The notes under the pieces are model-generated. The model saw nothing but the letters and a program-made list of their open reading frames with translations. It did not search any database and was not told where the DNA came from. Made by a program: the position numbers and the translations under genes. From Williopsis jadinii (taxonomy: Eukaryota), in assembly GCA_024346625.1 (NCBI GenBank), contig AP024667.1:1364001-1428000 (forward strand): a DNA stretch of 64,000 nt. Reading direction: 5' to 3'. Shown piece after piece: positions 47,196-57,800 of the stretch (position 1 is the stretch's first letter; the number at the start of each line of letters is the position of its first letter).

Positions 47196-48779
47196 TCAAC
47201 CCCAGTAGAAGATTGGTCCACTAGCACCGGCAAAGGCACATTTACTAACCTCCTTTGTATTCCAGCATACCTGTGTAATGGCCTTAGGATCAATCTTGGT
47301 CTTCTTAATGAGCTTACAGGTTTTCCAATCCCAGAAAACACCCAGTCCACTAGAGTCACCGCTTATCAAAGTCTTACCATCAGGTGTGAAATCAATACCA
47401 ATACCAAACCCAGCACAGTTGTGACCAGTGAATAGCTTCTTCTTGTTCGTTTTATAACGATCCTTTGTACTGAAAACAAGGACAGTGTTGTCCATCGACT
47501 GTGCAGCGATGTATTTACCATCTGGATGGACTCTTGTAAAGGGCATAGAGTGTAGAGTTGGATCAGAAATGAGTTTTATAGGAATGTTGATCTGTAAATC
47601 CCAAACCCTCGCTGTTTTATCCTCTGAAGTTGACATGAATCTCTTATTCTCCAAGAATGTTATGCTGTTGATCGAACCCAGATGATGGTCATACTTTTGT
47701 ATTAGCTTATGCTCGTTGATATCGTAGTGTTCAATGTTATGGTTCGAGAGGCCAACAAGGAATTCCATATCGTTGAATGGGTTAAATTTAACAACCGTTG
47801 GTACCGAATTCAATTGGAATCTTGCTAGACATTCTCCTGTTTCTGTATCCCATAGTTTCACAAATTTATCATAGCCTGCGCTGAGAAATCTGGTGCCATC
47901 GTTGTTGAAGTTGATGTCCTTCACAGGCTTGCTGTGTCCATAATAGCCTCTTAGGCATTCCCTCTTGCGATAAACGGACCATAGGAAGATCTTGTTGTCA
48001 TTGCCACACGAGAGTAGCAGGTGGTTTGTATTTGGGAAGAACTGGATCCGATTCGTTCCTCGCAGATGACCATCCCATTTATGGATGAGCTTCTTCGGTA
48101 CAAAGCATTCTCCAAGTGATTCATCGCTTGATAAGTTCACACCAACGTTTGTTGGAACGTGCATATATGTTCTTCCTTGGTAGTCAACTTCACTTGAGCC
48201 GAGGAATTCTGTGGTTTCAGAACTTGTGTTTTCTTCCTCGCTATCACTTTGGTATGCTTCTTCGTCTTCCGTTTGCGGTTCTTCACCAAGCTCTTCAACG
48301 TCTTGCACACCATCTTCCTCATCACTCGATGACCTGTACTTAGCCCATGGCCCGCTATACCCATCTAAATCTTCAGCTTTGCCCTTGTCAGATCTCTGCT
48401 TCTTAAGTCTCTTTGAATCCTTCTTTCCTGCTCTCAGCTCTGTAATATCTCTCTTCTTATTCCTTTGTGCCTTGTCCACATCACCAACTACTTCATTGAC
48501 GTTGTGGATACTCCGAGCATAGCCCAGTTGCTCGAAAGTTCTTCTCTGTGTATCAAATGTGGCACTATCTATAGCTTCAGCAACAGCATAGCCGGCGTTG
48601 TTTCTGACCAAAACCTGTGGAGCCTCACCAACGACGGCAACATTGGTTTCGTTCCTCGTCAGTTTAGGAGCCAATGGCGCAGGTTCCACCTTAGTGAGTG
48701 GTTTCACTGTTGATACAATGTTAGTATCTCCAGTGTCATCATCATCATCAGAAGAGGAATACCCGTTCAAAAGACTCAT
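47196..48779 (-). CDS. CDC40: WD40 second-step splicing factor Cdc40/Prp17
   Basis: DYQGRTYMH, CFVPKKLIH, YDHHLGSINSITF, AQSMDN, KKLFTGHNCAG, WDWKT. Confidence 0.93.
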   Translation of the reverse strand: MSLLNGYSSSDDDDDTGDTNIVSTVKPLTKVEPAPLAPKLTRNETNVAVVGEAPQVLVRNNAGYAVAEAIDSATFDTQRRTFEQLGYARSIHNVNEVVGDVDKAQRNKKRDITELRAGKKDSKRLKKQRSDKGKAEDLDGYSGPWAKYRSSSDEEDGVQDVEELGEEPQTEDEEAYQSDSEEENTSSETTEFLGSSEVDYQGRTYMHVPTNVGVNLSSDESLGECFVPKKLIHKWDGHLRGTNRIQFFPNTNHLLLSCGNDNKIFLWSVYRKRECLRGYYGHSKPVKDINFNNDGTRFLSAGYDKFVKLWDTETGECLARFQLNSVPTVVKFNPFNDMEFLVGLSNHNIEHYDINEHKLIQKYDHHLGSINSITFLENKRFMSTSEDKTARVWDLQINIPIKLISDPTLHSMPFTRVHPDGKYIAAQSMDNTVLVFSTKDRYKTNKKKLFTGHNCAGFGIGIDFTPDGKTLISGDSSGLGVFWDWKTCKLIKKTKIDPKAITQVCWNTKEVSKCAFAGASGPIFYWG

Positions 48780-48895
48780 TATAAACTTCAAATTCCGTCT
48801 TCAATTGGTACCAATATGTATAAATCTGTTTGATTTCTAGTGAATGAGTACTAATAGGTGAAACGACCATGAAAAAAGTTCACAGACTGCGGGAA

Positions 48896-48976
48896 TATAA
48901 TAATAATCATAATCATAATCATAATAATCATAATCATAATAATCATAATCATAATCATAATCATAATAATCATAAT
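48896..48976. repeat. (ATAATC/ATA)n microsatellite abutting the 5' end of Helitron copy 2
   Basis: Directly visible in the sequence. Confidence 0.92.
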
Positions 48977-50365
48977 TAGAATGATACTTATAAAAATAGC
49001 AAACCCCCCTTCAAATTTCCCCAAATTATACCACAATGTAGCTCTTACTCAAAGTAAGAGATATACAAAGTATGATCACGTTACCTTCAATAATTTCTGA
49101 GATATAACCATTCATAGTTTGTATGGTATAATCAAGAAAAACACATAGATTTGTTATATCTCAGTAACAAAACAACAATTGGGAAAACTGACGTGGAAAA
49201 CAGAAGAACATATCCATATCATCATATATGCTAACTTTCAGCTTGATTGGATCAATGGTTGTTTTACAATAAATCACAACGTTTTGCATTACATATGTAA
49301 TTCTGATTCTTCGTTGCCTCAGCAATCGTAAAAATGTTAGGATGTTTTCAAATTTCGCTGCATTGTTTACATTTTGAATTCTTATCAACACAAAAATGAC
49401 CCCAAACCAGTACAGCTTTATACACAGAATTAAGAATATCACAGAAGAATGTCCAAGAACAAAAGGTTGAATAATAAAGGCAAGAATCCCAGAGGGCGTC
49501 CAAGAAAGATTCAGAGGACTCTTACTGGGGCCATTCGACGGCGTCCTCAACCTGAAGAAGAAACATCAGCGGCAAGTTCAAACGACTGGAGGTACGAGAC
49601 AACAAGAAGATCCAGCAATTGTTGAGACGGACGAACTGACCTGCTGTGAGAACAAGGTAGGGAACCAGGAAACCTCCAAGTTCTGTCACAGAATGCCCAT
49701 GCAGAGATCACAGACTTGCCACAACAGCCGCTAATACCTGAACCTGAACTAGATAATGGAACTATGGCTGATAGAATAAGAAATAGGCCAAGAAATGCAG
49801 CACAGGTAGAAGAAAGAGCGTTAGAAGAAATTAGATGTGATGATGACTTTGATTATGATCCCAACTTTGAATACATCTTTGAGGATGACACCAACGGTTT
49901 TAATCAGAATGATGATCCAGTTTATTAACAACAACAGTGGAGACCTGGGAGGCCACGGAATTTGGAGTGAAATCCAAGTGATCTTGAAAAGTGTTGCGAT
50001 TATTGCCATGATCTCCTTATCGACACTGAATTCCCATCTTTTTGTTGTGACAGGGGCAAAAGTTTACTCGGTGACATATTCAAAGAGCCTCCACAGTACA
50101 CCTTGGATGTCTTATTGGATTCAATCACGTCCAAATATTCTCGAACAATCAATACCTTTCTTTTACTACCATCTTTGGGTTCTAACAGTACTGGTGATTT
50201 GTGAGGTGGAACTTATTCAATGACTATCAACGAGAGTTTGTTCCATAGAGTTGATTGTATGATAGCGCTAGACATTAAAGTCAATAGCCGACGGGGCCGT
50301 ACAGGGCAAATTGACCGCGAAGGCCCAAACCGCCTTCACCGTACCGAAGCACTACAGATCAACTG
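48976..50365 (+). mobile_element. Degenerate Helitron, copy 2 (N-terminal region, internally deleted)
   Basis: 5' ~90 bp homologous to the reverse complement of 41878-41970. AT-hook NPRGRPRK; CDYCHDLLIDTEFPSFCCDRGK..EPP..ITSKYSRTINT..YSMTINESLFHRVD, which matches copy 1. 3' segment 50271-50365 homologous to the reverse complement of 40185-40318. Confidence 0.85.
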
Positions 50366-51871
50366 GTATATGTATAAATCGATAAATAATACATCCCGGT
50401 GAAACGATCTAGTCATACTAACTTTATTTAGATTCGATTACCTTTAAGGACGAAGACTGAGTTGAGATAATGGCAAAGTATCTGTCACACTTACACAAGC
50501 CAGTAAATAATAGAATCATGATGTAACAAAAAACATCTTTGGGTTTCACCACAGCCTTTTCTGTGAAGGGTGCAGCGATCGAATGTTTGATTTATGGACA
50601 ACTGGGCCTTTAAACGTTATAGTCGAATACCTTTCTCAGAACTGTCTCTCTACAAATATTAGGATTAACAATTGATTACTTGAGGCAAAACAACGAAGCT
50701 TAGTAGCAGTACTCCCCTCACATCTCTCAATGTTGACAAGCTCTCTCTGGTCCTTTGGGAATGCTAAGATTCAATCGTTCCAAGTTTCACAGTTTATCAA
50801 ATGTGCCCTAAGTAGGTATGTGACATTTATTCTAGTTAAGTACAAACCCTCGGTACATAGTTAAACACCATTAATGTCTTAGAGAGGTCTGAGTGCAATT
50901 CGCATGAATTCCGACTAGTGATTACAGTTTTTGAAAAGAAGATCATAATCACATCACGCATCATTGTAAATGCATAACCTCGTTCATTGTGTTATATCTT
51001 GTTTATCGACCGAATATTAATGTAGGCAGAACACAACTGCCCATGAAAGAGGAATACCGGCATTAGGCAAGATTCAGCTGATGTTATGTATCGTGCACTT
51101 CCGAAAACCACCTGGATTACACGTGCAGCATTACATAATTTCCGTATATGCGTGTGCATGCATGAATCAAGTCAATTGTGAACATTAGGCCTACCTGCAT
51201 ACATATTGTAAATATGTTTATTGATGTGCTGGCTACAGGATTTTTAAGAAGGACCACTAATAGCCTGTAGAAATGGGTTCCTTTCTAGACTTCTCAGCCA
51301 TGTATGTTTCGTAATACAAGATCAGGAATACAAAAAAAAGTGGTACGATTCCTATGTAATGATGACAGGAATGTAGCGAATGACTTGGGAGTCTTCGGAA
51401 CACGGGCGAAGATTTTTTGTTTTATGATCAAATCTCATAAAACAGAGATACTTTGTATGGTTATTATTGAACACATAATTACCAGTGAGATCCTTTCACA
51501 GTCACACATCGAAGTTTTCGGACTAGATTTTAGACACTTAGGAGTCTGTTATTCACTTTTGAGGGTCAGTGTGAGATCTTTCCAAAGAACATAGCAGAAC
51601 TTGGACCTCAGGGTATGTTGTCTGACTTTACTTGAGAATGATTATTGATCCTGACAATTGATCATTTTGTTTCAAAAATGTTTTTAGTGAACAACAACTA
51701 CATCGTAAAGTTATACACTGGAATCCTTTAGTCAGGTTTTAAATGGTTTATTTTACATCGGGGTCATAGCAGTGGACTTATTTCTTTTGTTCGCTACTTT
51801 CAATTGATTATTCTTATAAAAATGACATTAAGGCCTTCTTGGTACTGTATACAAGAACAAAAACAACAAAG

Positions 51872-51900
<29 letters not shown>
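51872..51900. repeat. (CA)n microsatellite
   Basis: Directly visible in the sequence. Confidence 0.9.
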
Positions 51901-51904
<4 letters not shown>

Positions 51905-53700
51905 AAAAGAGAGATGTCGAATATCTGAGCTATAGTAATTGAAAATCAGCAGTCGAGCTCATACATGCAGGTGATGTGTCCCACGGGTTGTTGGCGAACT
52001 CAACAAAAATGAGAGGAATACTGTAATATGGGAAACAGGGACATACTGAAGATTTGTTGATTCTTTCAAAGCGATAGACCATTCAACTGAATCCTTTTAT
52101 TGCGTGCAATTGATTAATCAATATAGATCAACATGAGATCAAAACATATTTCAAGTACTTGAATATGTGCTATTCCCACTTTATAGAGTTATTCCAATTG
52201 GTTGGATTTCGAAAGTAGGTTTTAACAGCAGCAAATTCGAAATAGAAATATGCTACAAATATCTAGATACATTAATTAGTATATATGACACGTCATACTT
52301 TTCTTGGGTTAGCAGAATTTAAAGTGTATAGATCACAATATAGATAACTGACATATTTTTGAACTGGAATTGAGGTTAAAACTCTGACTTTTAAGTGAAA
52401 AATATAATTTTAACAAGAATTGGAAAGGAAAAGCAAAGTTGGGACCATCACGAGCCTTCTGAGATCAGTCATGCCGATGTATTAAATGCTCATATAAATC
52501 CAAATTACTGACAGAGTAGTGACCTAATTCATTATCTTATTTTGCTTTTCTTCAATTGCTCTGTGTTCGCAGTCAGTACTTATATATCTCACAATCTGTT
52601 GTGACTTGCTAATACACTTCTTGAAAAAACTATGATCCTTTGTTATAACAGCCTTATTGAACGCTGGTTTACAATCTGAACCAATGGACATGCCACCTAT
52701 ACATGCGTTCTTGTTAGATCCGTACTCCGTAATGTTACTTGTTACTTGTTACTTGTTAGTTGGAATGAAAATCAATGAGAGAAACAAGATTGCACCTCAG
52801 AACAAACTAACAGTGAGACATTTAAATAGTCTACACTTCCTTCCCTTGTTTCTCATTGTGTTAAGAATTTTCAATATCAAACAGACTACACGTTTAGTGC
52901 AAGGTCTGCGATAACATATTGACATTTCTAATGATGGTCTCCTCGAACTCCAACATGTAGCGCTTACTGCTGCCATTATTGATCTGGATACATATAGGAA
53001 TTACTAATACTAATACAACCACTATTGAATTTTGTACCATCATTGACGGAACAATCTCTTTCTCGGATCTGACAGACACTATTGAATTAAATATCGAGAC
53101 AACTTATTTAAGCTTGTGCGACCACCGATTTTAAAGTGGAGTTTTGGATTATCGTCCATATTCATAACCGTAGACTGTTAAGGGAGACACCATTACAAAA
53201 AAATTCTGTCTGCCCCGTGTCATTCAAACAGTACGATATTACGTGGTAATTTCACCCGTTTGGATCAAAAGTCAATGATTACAATTTAATAGCACAGCAC
53301 ACTGACTTAAATATAGGCGAATTACATGGTATTGTGAATTTCCGGGAAAATCAGGAAAACGTCAATTATACAGTCACTTACCCCTGAATTACTCCATTGA
53401 AATCAGCGTCAAACCATTGTAATATGGAATAGGCTTTTTCTCTTGGTATTGGAACATAAAGAACTGTCCAATTTCATAAAGAGGTTCTGATCTTCTACAT
53501 TGAACATCCGGGATCCATAATGTTCCAAAATGTTGAGAGCCTCGTATGGGGTGGTTTTGAGTTTGGGCCTTTACAACGATTATTAAACTAAAGGTGAATC
53601 TGACAAAGATTCAATAACAAAATTTGAGAATTGCAAAACAGGTCCCACAAGTACAGGAGGGTTTTCGAGTTTGTCATAGAATATCCTAACTACTAATGGT

Positions 53701-54540
53701 TCATGAGAGTCAATGGCTGTTCCAATGTATACCATAAATTTCATCCATGCTAGTGGTACGGAGACTCACATTTCTTCCAAGGATATCTCTAATGGTGTTA
53801 CAGGTAAAATTGCCACCTGATTCCATACAAGTCTGATAAGTATTGTTGTAACTACTGTTACAATTGGCGACACTGTTGAGACTGTTACAGTAACAGTTCC
53901 GTGTATCACATCAGTTTACACTAACTCTGAGGGAATCACCAAGACGGAGATAATTACTGGTATCGTTACAACAGATGAGACAGGATGTGTTAGTGTGGCA
54001 TCTGTAACTTCGAATGTGATTCTGACAACTGTTACCGATGTTGTTGGTGCTGTGTCCACTGCAACTGTCGTTGTTCCTTGTGAGCGTTGTTCCCGGACTG
54101 CAGAGACCACTAATGAGGGTATTGAAGCAATCACAGCAACAACATCTTCTAAGGAGTCTAATGAGACTCTTGCGATCTCCACCCGTACTGAAACAGAACG
54201 CATCACAAAGACCGAGGCCATCACAGGTGTTGAGACATCAGGTGAATCAGGATCTGTTATTGTTCCAGAGGTTGGTAGCATTTCAACCTCAACAGAGAAA
54301 TCACTTGGTAGTGGAGTCTCTGCTACGGTGGTTGGCGAGTCATCAACCACCACCTTGGAGGCAGAAACTGAATTGAATTCCATGGGTTCCACAGGTTCCA
54401 CGTTGGCTACTCTCACCACTGGTGCCATTGGCACGACAGCCACTGCTCTAGAGACATCCTACTCGGGTTCTGGTGCTATCATGACCACCAATGGTCTGCT
54501 AGCATCATTATTGACATTGTTGGTGTCTTTGATGATCTGA
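53701..54540 (+). pseudogene. Disrupted GPI-anchored adhesin/flocculin-like gene, C-terminal part still open
   Basis: Open frame 53821-54540 with TVTVTVPC and TVVVPCERC flocculin-type motifs, S/T/E-rich stalk and GPI tail (YSGSGAIMTTNGLLASLLTLLVSLMI). In-frame TGA at 53704-53706 and 53818-53820; no intact signal peptide or start. Confidence 0.7.
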
Positions 54541-56120
54541 TCTGTTCATTCTTCTTCTTCTTGAGTATACATAATAGTCGTTCTTATTATGTTTTCTTCA
54601 AGGATTTTTTTTCTCTCTGGGCACTGGCCATCTGTGTTCAAATTGCCTAGTTCACTCGGTACCGTAAGCACAGTGTGATGGCACTTTCGCCTGATATAGG
54701 CTTACTAAGGGATTTTTCGTACTTTCGTTGTTGACCTTTTGAAATATAGTGATAATCATTGAGATGATCTTATAATAGAAACCTCTGCCTGGTTTTCATA
54801 TACAAATTACGTATATCTTACTGCTGTGGGAACTGGAAAATTGTTTAATGATATTGGAAGATAGTGGAAGCTACCACGCAGACAACTAATGGTACTCGGC
54901 GTACTGGTATCAATGTGAATTATGAGGGGTGGATAAAAATGCAATGGAGCCAAAAGTTAAACAGAGCGCAAGCCCCTCACACGCAGCTGCTCAAGTAGAT
55001 AGTACTCGAAACTGCTGATCAACATGCATGTTCAATATTCTACACGTTTCATGCACTCTGCTGGATCGCTGCATGCACCTTGGAGTTTATGCATATGCAT
55101 ATCGATCCTCTTGTGGATATAAATTACGCCTTATTCATTCAGTTGCGGTGGTGCGTTACCGAACTTAAGAAATGCATCAAGACGCAAAGTAATGTCTGAA
55201 GATGTCATTTCAATTGAAAAAAAAATTGATACTGCACACTGTTAGTAATGTATTCTCTGGACACATGGCTGTGAAATGATTCTAAAGGTTACTGGATAAT
55301 TTGCATCATTCGCGATACAAGATGCAAAACACCCAATCAATACGAATAAACAAACTCCACCTCATCAATGGAGTATGTATTGAAAGTTTAAACACGACAT
55401 AGGTCTTTGTCGTACATTTGTTCATATTTGGGGGGGGGGCTGAAAAAGAGTTTACAGTGCTCATCAAACAAAAGATGTTAGAGCCCTTGAAAAGCCGAAG
55501 GAAGAAATACCAGCATAACAGCGTCTTTAAGAGGTTTGAAGTAGAAAAACAAGGTCAATGTGTTGAAAATACTTTATACATAAATAAATAAGTGGTGGAG
55601 TATAAAACAATGTTGTTTAAAGACTAGTATTATGATAACGCTGTATATTCTACACATTCCTAGTTGTTAATAAGACAACAATTTTTAGAGAACAAACTCA
55701 ACAACGTTGTCGCACAATCATAGCGATAATCCATTTGTGTTTCAAAGCCAATTTTTTTTATGTCTTGTGTGCTGTTTTAAGTTCTAACTTGTATATATCT
55801 ATGGACTTTTAATGGCATTCTAAACCAGGCCGGTATCCAGTAGTGTGATATGCATCTCAATATACTTTTATGTTGAATGCAACAACATGCGTCAACCTCC
55901 AATTGTCGAATGTTGATTTTTCCATAGCACAGCAAGTTCGGATTTAAATTTGGGGTTAAGAATGGCTGACATCCGTAAGGACTCAAACAAGCCACATTGA
56001 AGAAGTGTTGCACAGTAAGTAGACGCCAGTTAAGAAAATAAACTACTGTAATTCAAGCTTCGAAACTGATATTTGTTGCTAACTTCCTAAATCCAAGCTG
56101 TGTGATACTCTCCATTATAT

Positions 56121-56984
56121 ATGAGGACAATCCCACAATTTTTTCTAAACTTCCAGAATAAAGATGTGATGTATTTAAAACGAAAACCAAAAGACCTGAT
56201 TATGAAAGTGGAGACTTTACCTTCATTCCTAGAGCTATGGAGGTCTGTTTATAACACACAAACAGACGCTAATACCTCAGGAGATTACAATCAGAAGGTA
56301 CTGGTCAATTATGGACATGTAAGAACTGAATATGATCAATCGGCCGAAGCTTACGCAATACATATTAAGAGTGATCAAATTCCAAGCAACTCTTATGTTT
56401 CGGGGCCTCAAATTCAGGTCATAAAATCGAATTGCAAGTCAGGATACGAAGTATTTGGAAATGAAATATATTCAACGCAGTATAATATAGAACAAGTGGT
56501 TCATCAGCCGAAGTTAGGATCCATCAACTCAGAATCGTCTTCGGAAAGAAAGCTATGCAAGATTCCCAAAAGGAAAAAAAAGAACACTCTAAAGCCTATA
56601 GAGATGCAAAGCCTAATTTCACAACACGACAGCAAAACAGATCCAGCTGCAGAACATTTATATTACGGACATGAATTACCGGCTGTATACCAACAGTTTA
56701 GTGGCTCTGGGACAAAACTGTACTCTGTATCACCAGTACCTTCGAATGACAATGAACTGAATTCAAATCATTATGTTATTGCAGTGCCTTTTGTTTCAAT
56801 GCCATATCCACCGAATCAGAAAAAATCACAGAGATCAAGAAATGGATGTATAACTTGTCGTCGAAGAAAGGTAAAATGTGACGAAAGAAGACCAGGAGGG
56901 TGCTTTAATTGTGAGAGGATGAGAATACAGTGTGAAGGGTACAAGCCGTTTATTCCTAAAAAGAGAAAGAAAGAAAAACCTTAG
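56121..56984 (+). CDS. Zn(II)2Cys6 transcription factor with C-terminal zinc cluster
   Basis: RSRNGCITCRRRKVKCDERRPGGCFNCERMRIQCEGY (CX2CX6CX7CX2CX6C) followed by a basic NLS-like tail. Confidence 0.82.
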   Translation: MRTIPQFFLNFQNKDVMYLKRKPKDLIMKVETLPSFLELWRSVYNTQTDANTSGDYNQKVLVNYGHVRTEYDQSAEAYAIHIKSDQIPSNSYVSGPQIQVIKSNCKSGYEVFGNEIYSTQYNIEQVVHQPKLGSINSESSSERKLCKIPKRKKKNTLKPIEMQSLISQHDSKTDPAAEHLYYGHELPAVYQQFSGSGTKLYSVSPVPSNDNELNSNHYVIAVPFVSMPYPPNQKKSQRSRNGCITCRRRKVKCDERRPGGCFNCERMRIQCEGYKPFIPKKRKKEKP

Positions 56985-57049
56985 GGATTTTTAACAGGAA
57001 AACCGATCATTTCGAAAACTTGATAATATATTGATAATTGTGGATTGAA

Positions 57050-57800
57050 GAACTTCAACCAAAGAACATACAGAGTTGCTTCGTAAGAAACTTTGCTGAA
57101 TTCTAACCATTATTAACAAGATTCCCTTCAGTAAATACTTGTTTGAAAAGAGAGCCCTGTTTTTAGAGCTCTTATAATCTCTCCACCAAGTGATCGAACT
57201 CTCTTTCACTCTCAACAAAAGTCACTGATGCAAGTCATGATTCCTATCAAGCTCAGAAAGGGTCAAGACTCTTTAATAATGCAAATATTTAGAGACAAAC
57301 TCTTTCTAGATACCAGGAAGTTGGGATAGTCCAAAAGCGTACAATTGGATGTGGACTAGAATGTGTATTCAACCTTTTTGCTACTCAAACTGTCATGTTG
57401 AAAAGCCATCAAACAATAATATACTAAATAAAAATGGGTTTACACAAAATAACAGTCTAATGTATCAGGATCTTCTGATGCCCTTGTTTAAAAGACGATT
57501 TGGAGGCCGAAACTTTCTATTCTCAGAGATCTTTGAGACTTAATGCCCTTAATGATAAATGTACGTTCATACTTATTACAGGTTTTAGAAGTGTTTGAAA
57601 TTCTATTTCTTTGAATTTGAACTTCGTAATAGCAATACGCATAGTACAATACATGCTGTACGTTCAACTTTCAATGCGTACATTTATGGGGACTGCAGAA
57701 CAGATCCTTGTGTGCATTTGCTCCAGTTTCATGAGCTTGCAGATCACTGACCAGCTCCCGGTCCTATTTGTTCATGAAGAATACGTATATTCAAAGTCCA
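57050..57800 (-). repeat. Decayed copy A of a duplicated, probably once-coding segment
   Basis: aaattctatttctttgaatttgaacttcgtaatagc matches aaattctatttcctttgcatttgaagttcgtaatagc at ~63160; several more collinear blocks. Confidence 0.75.
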
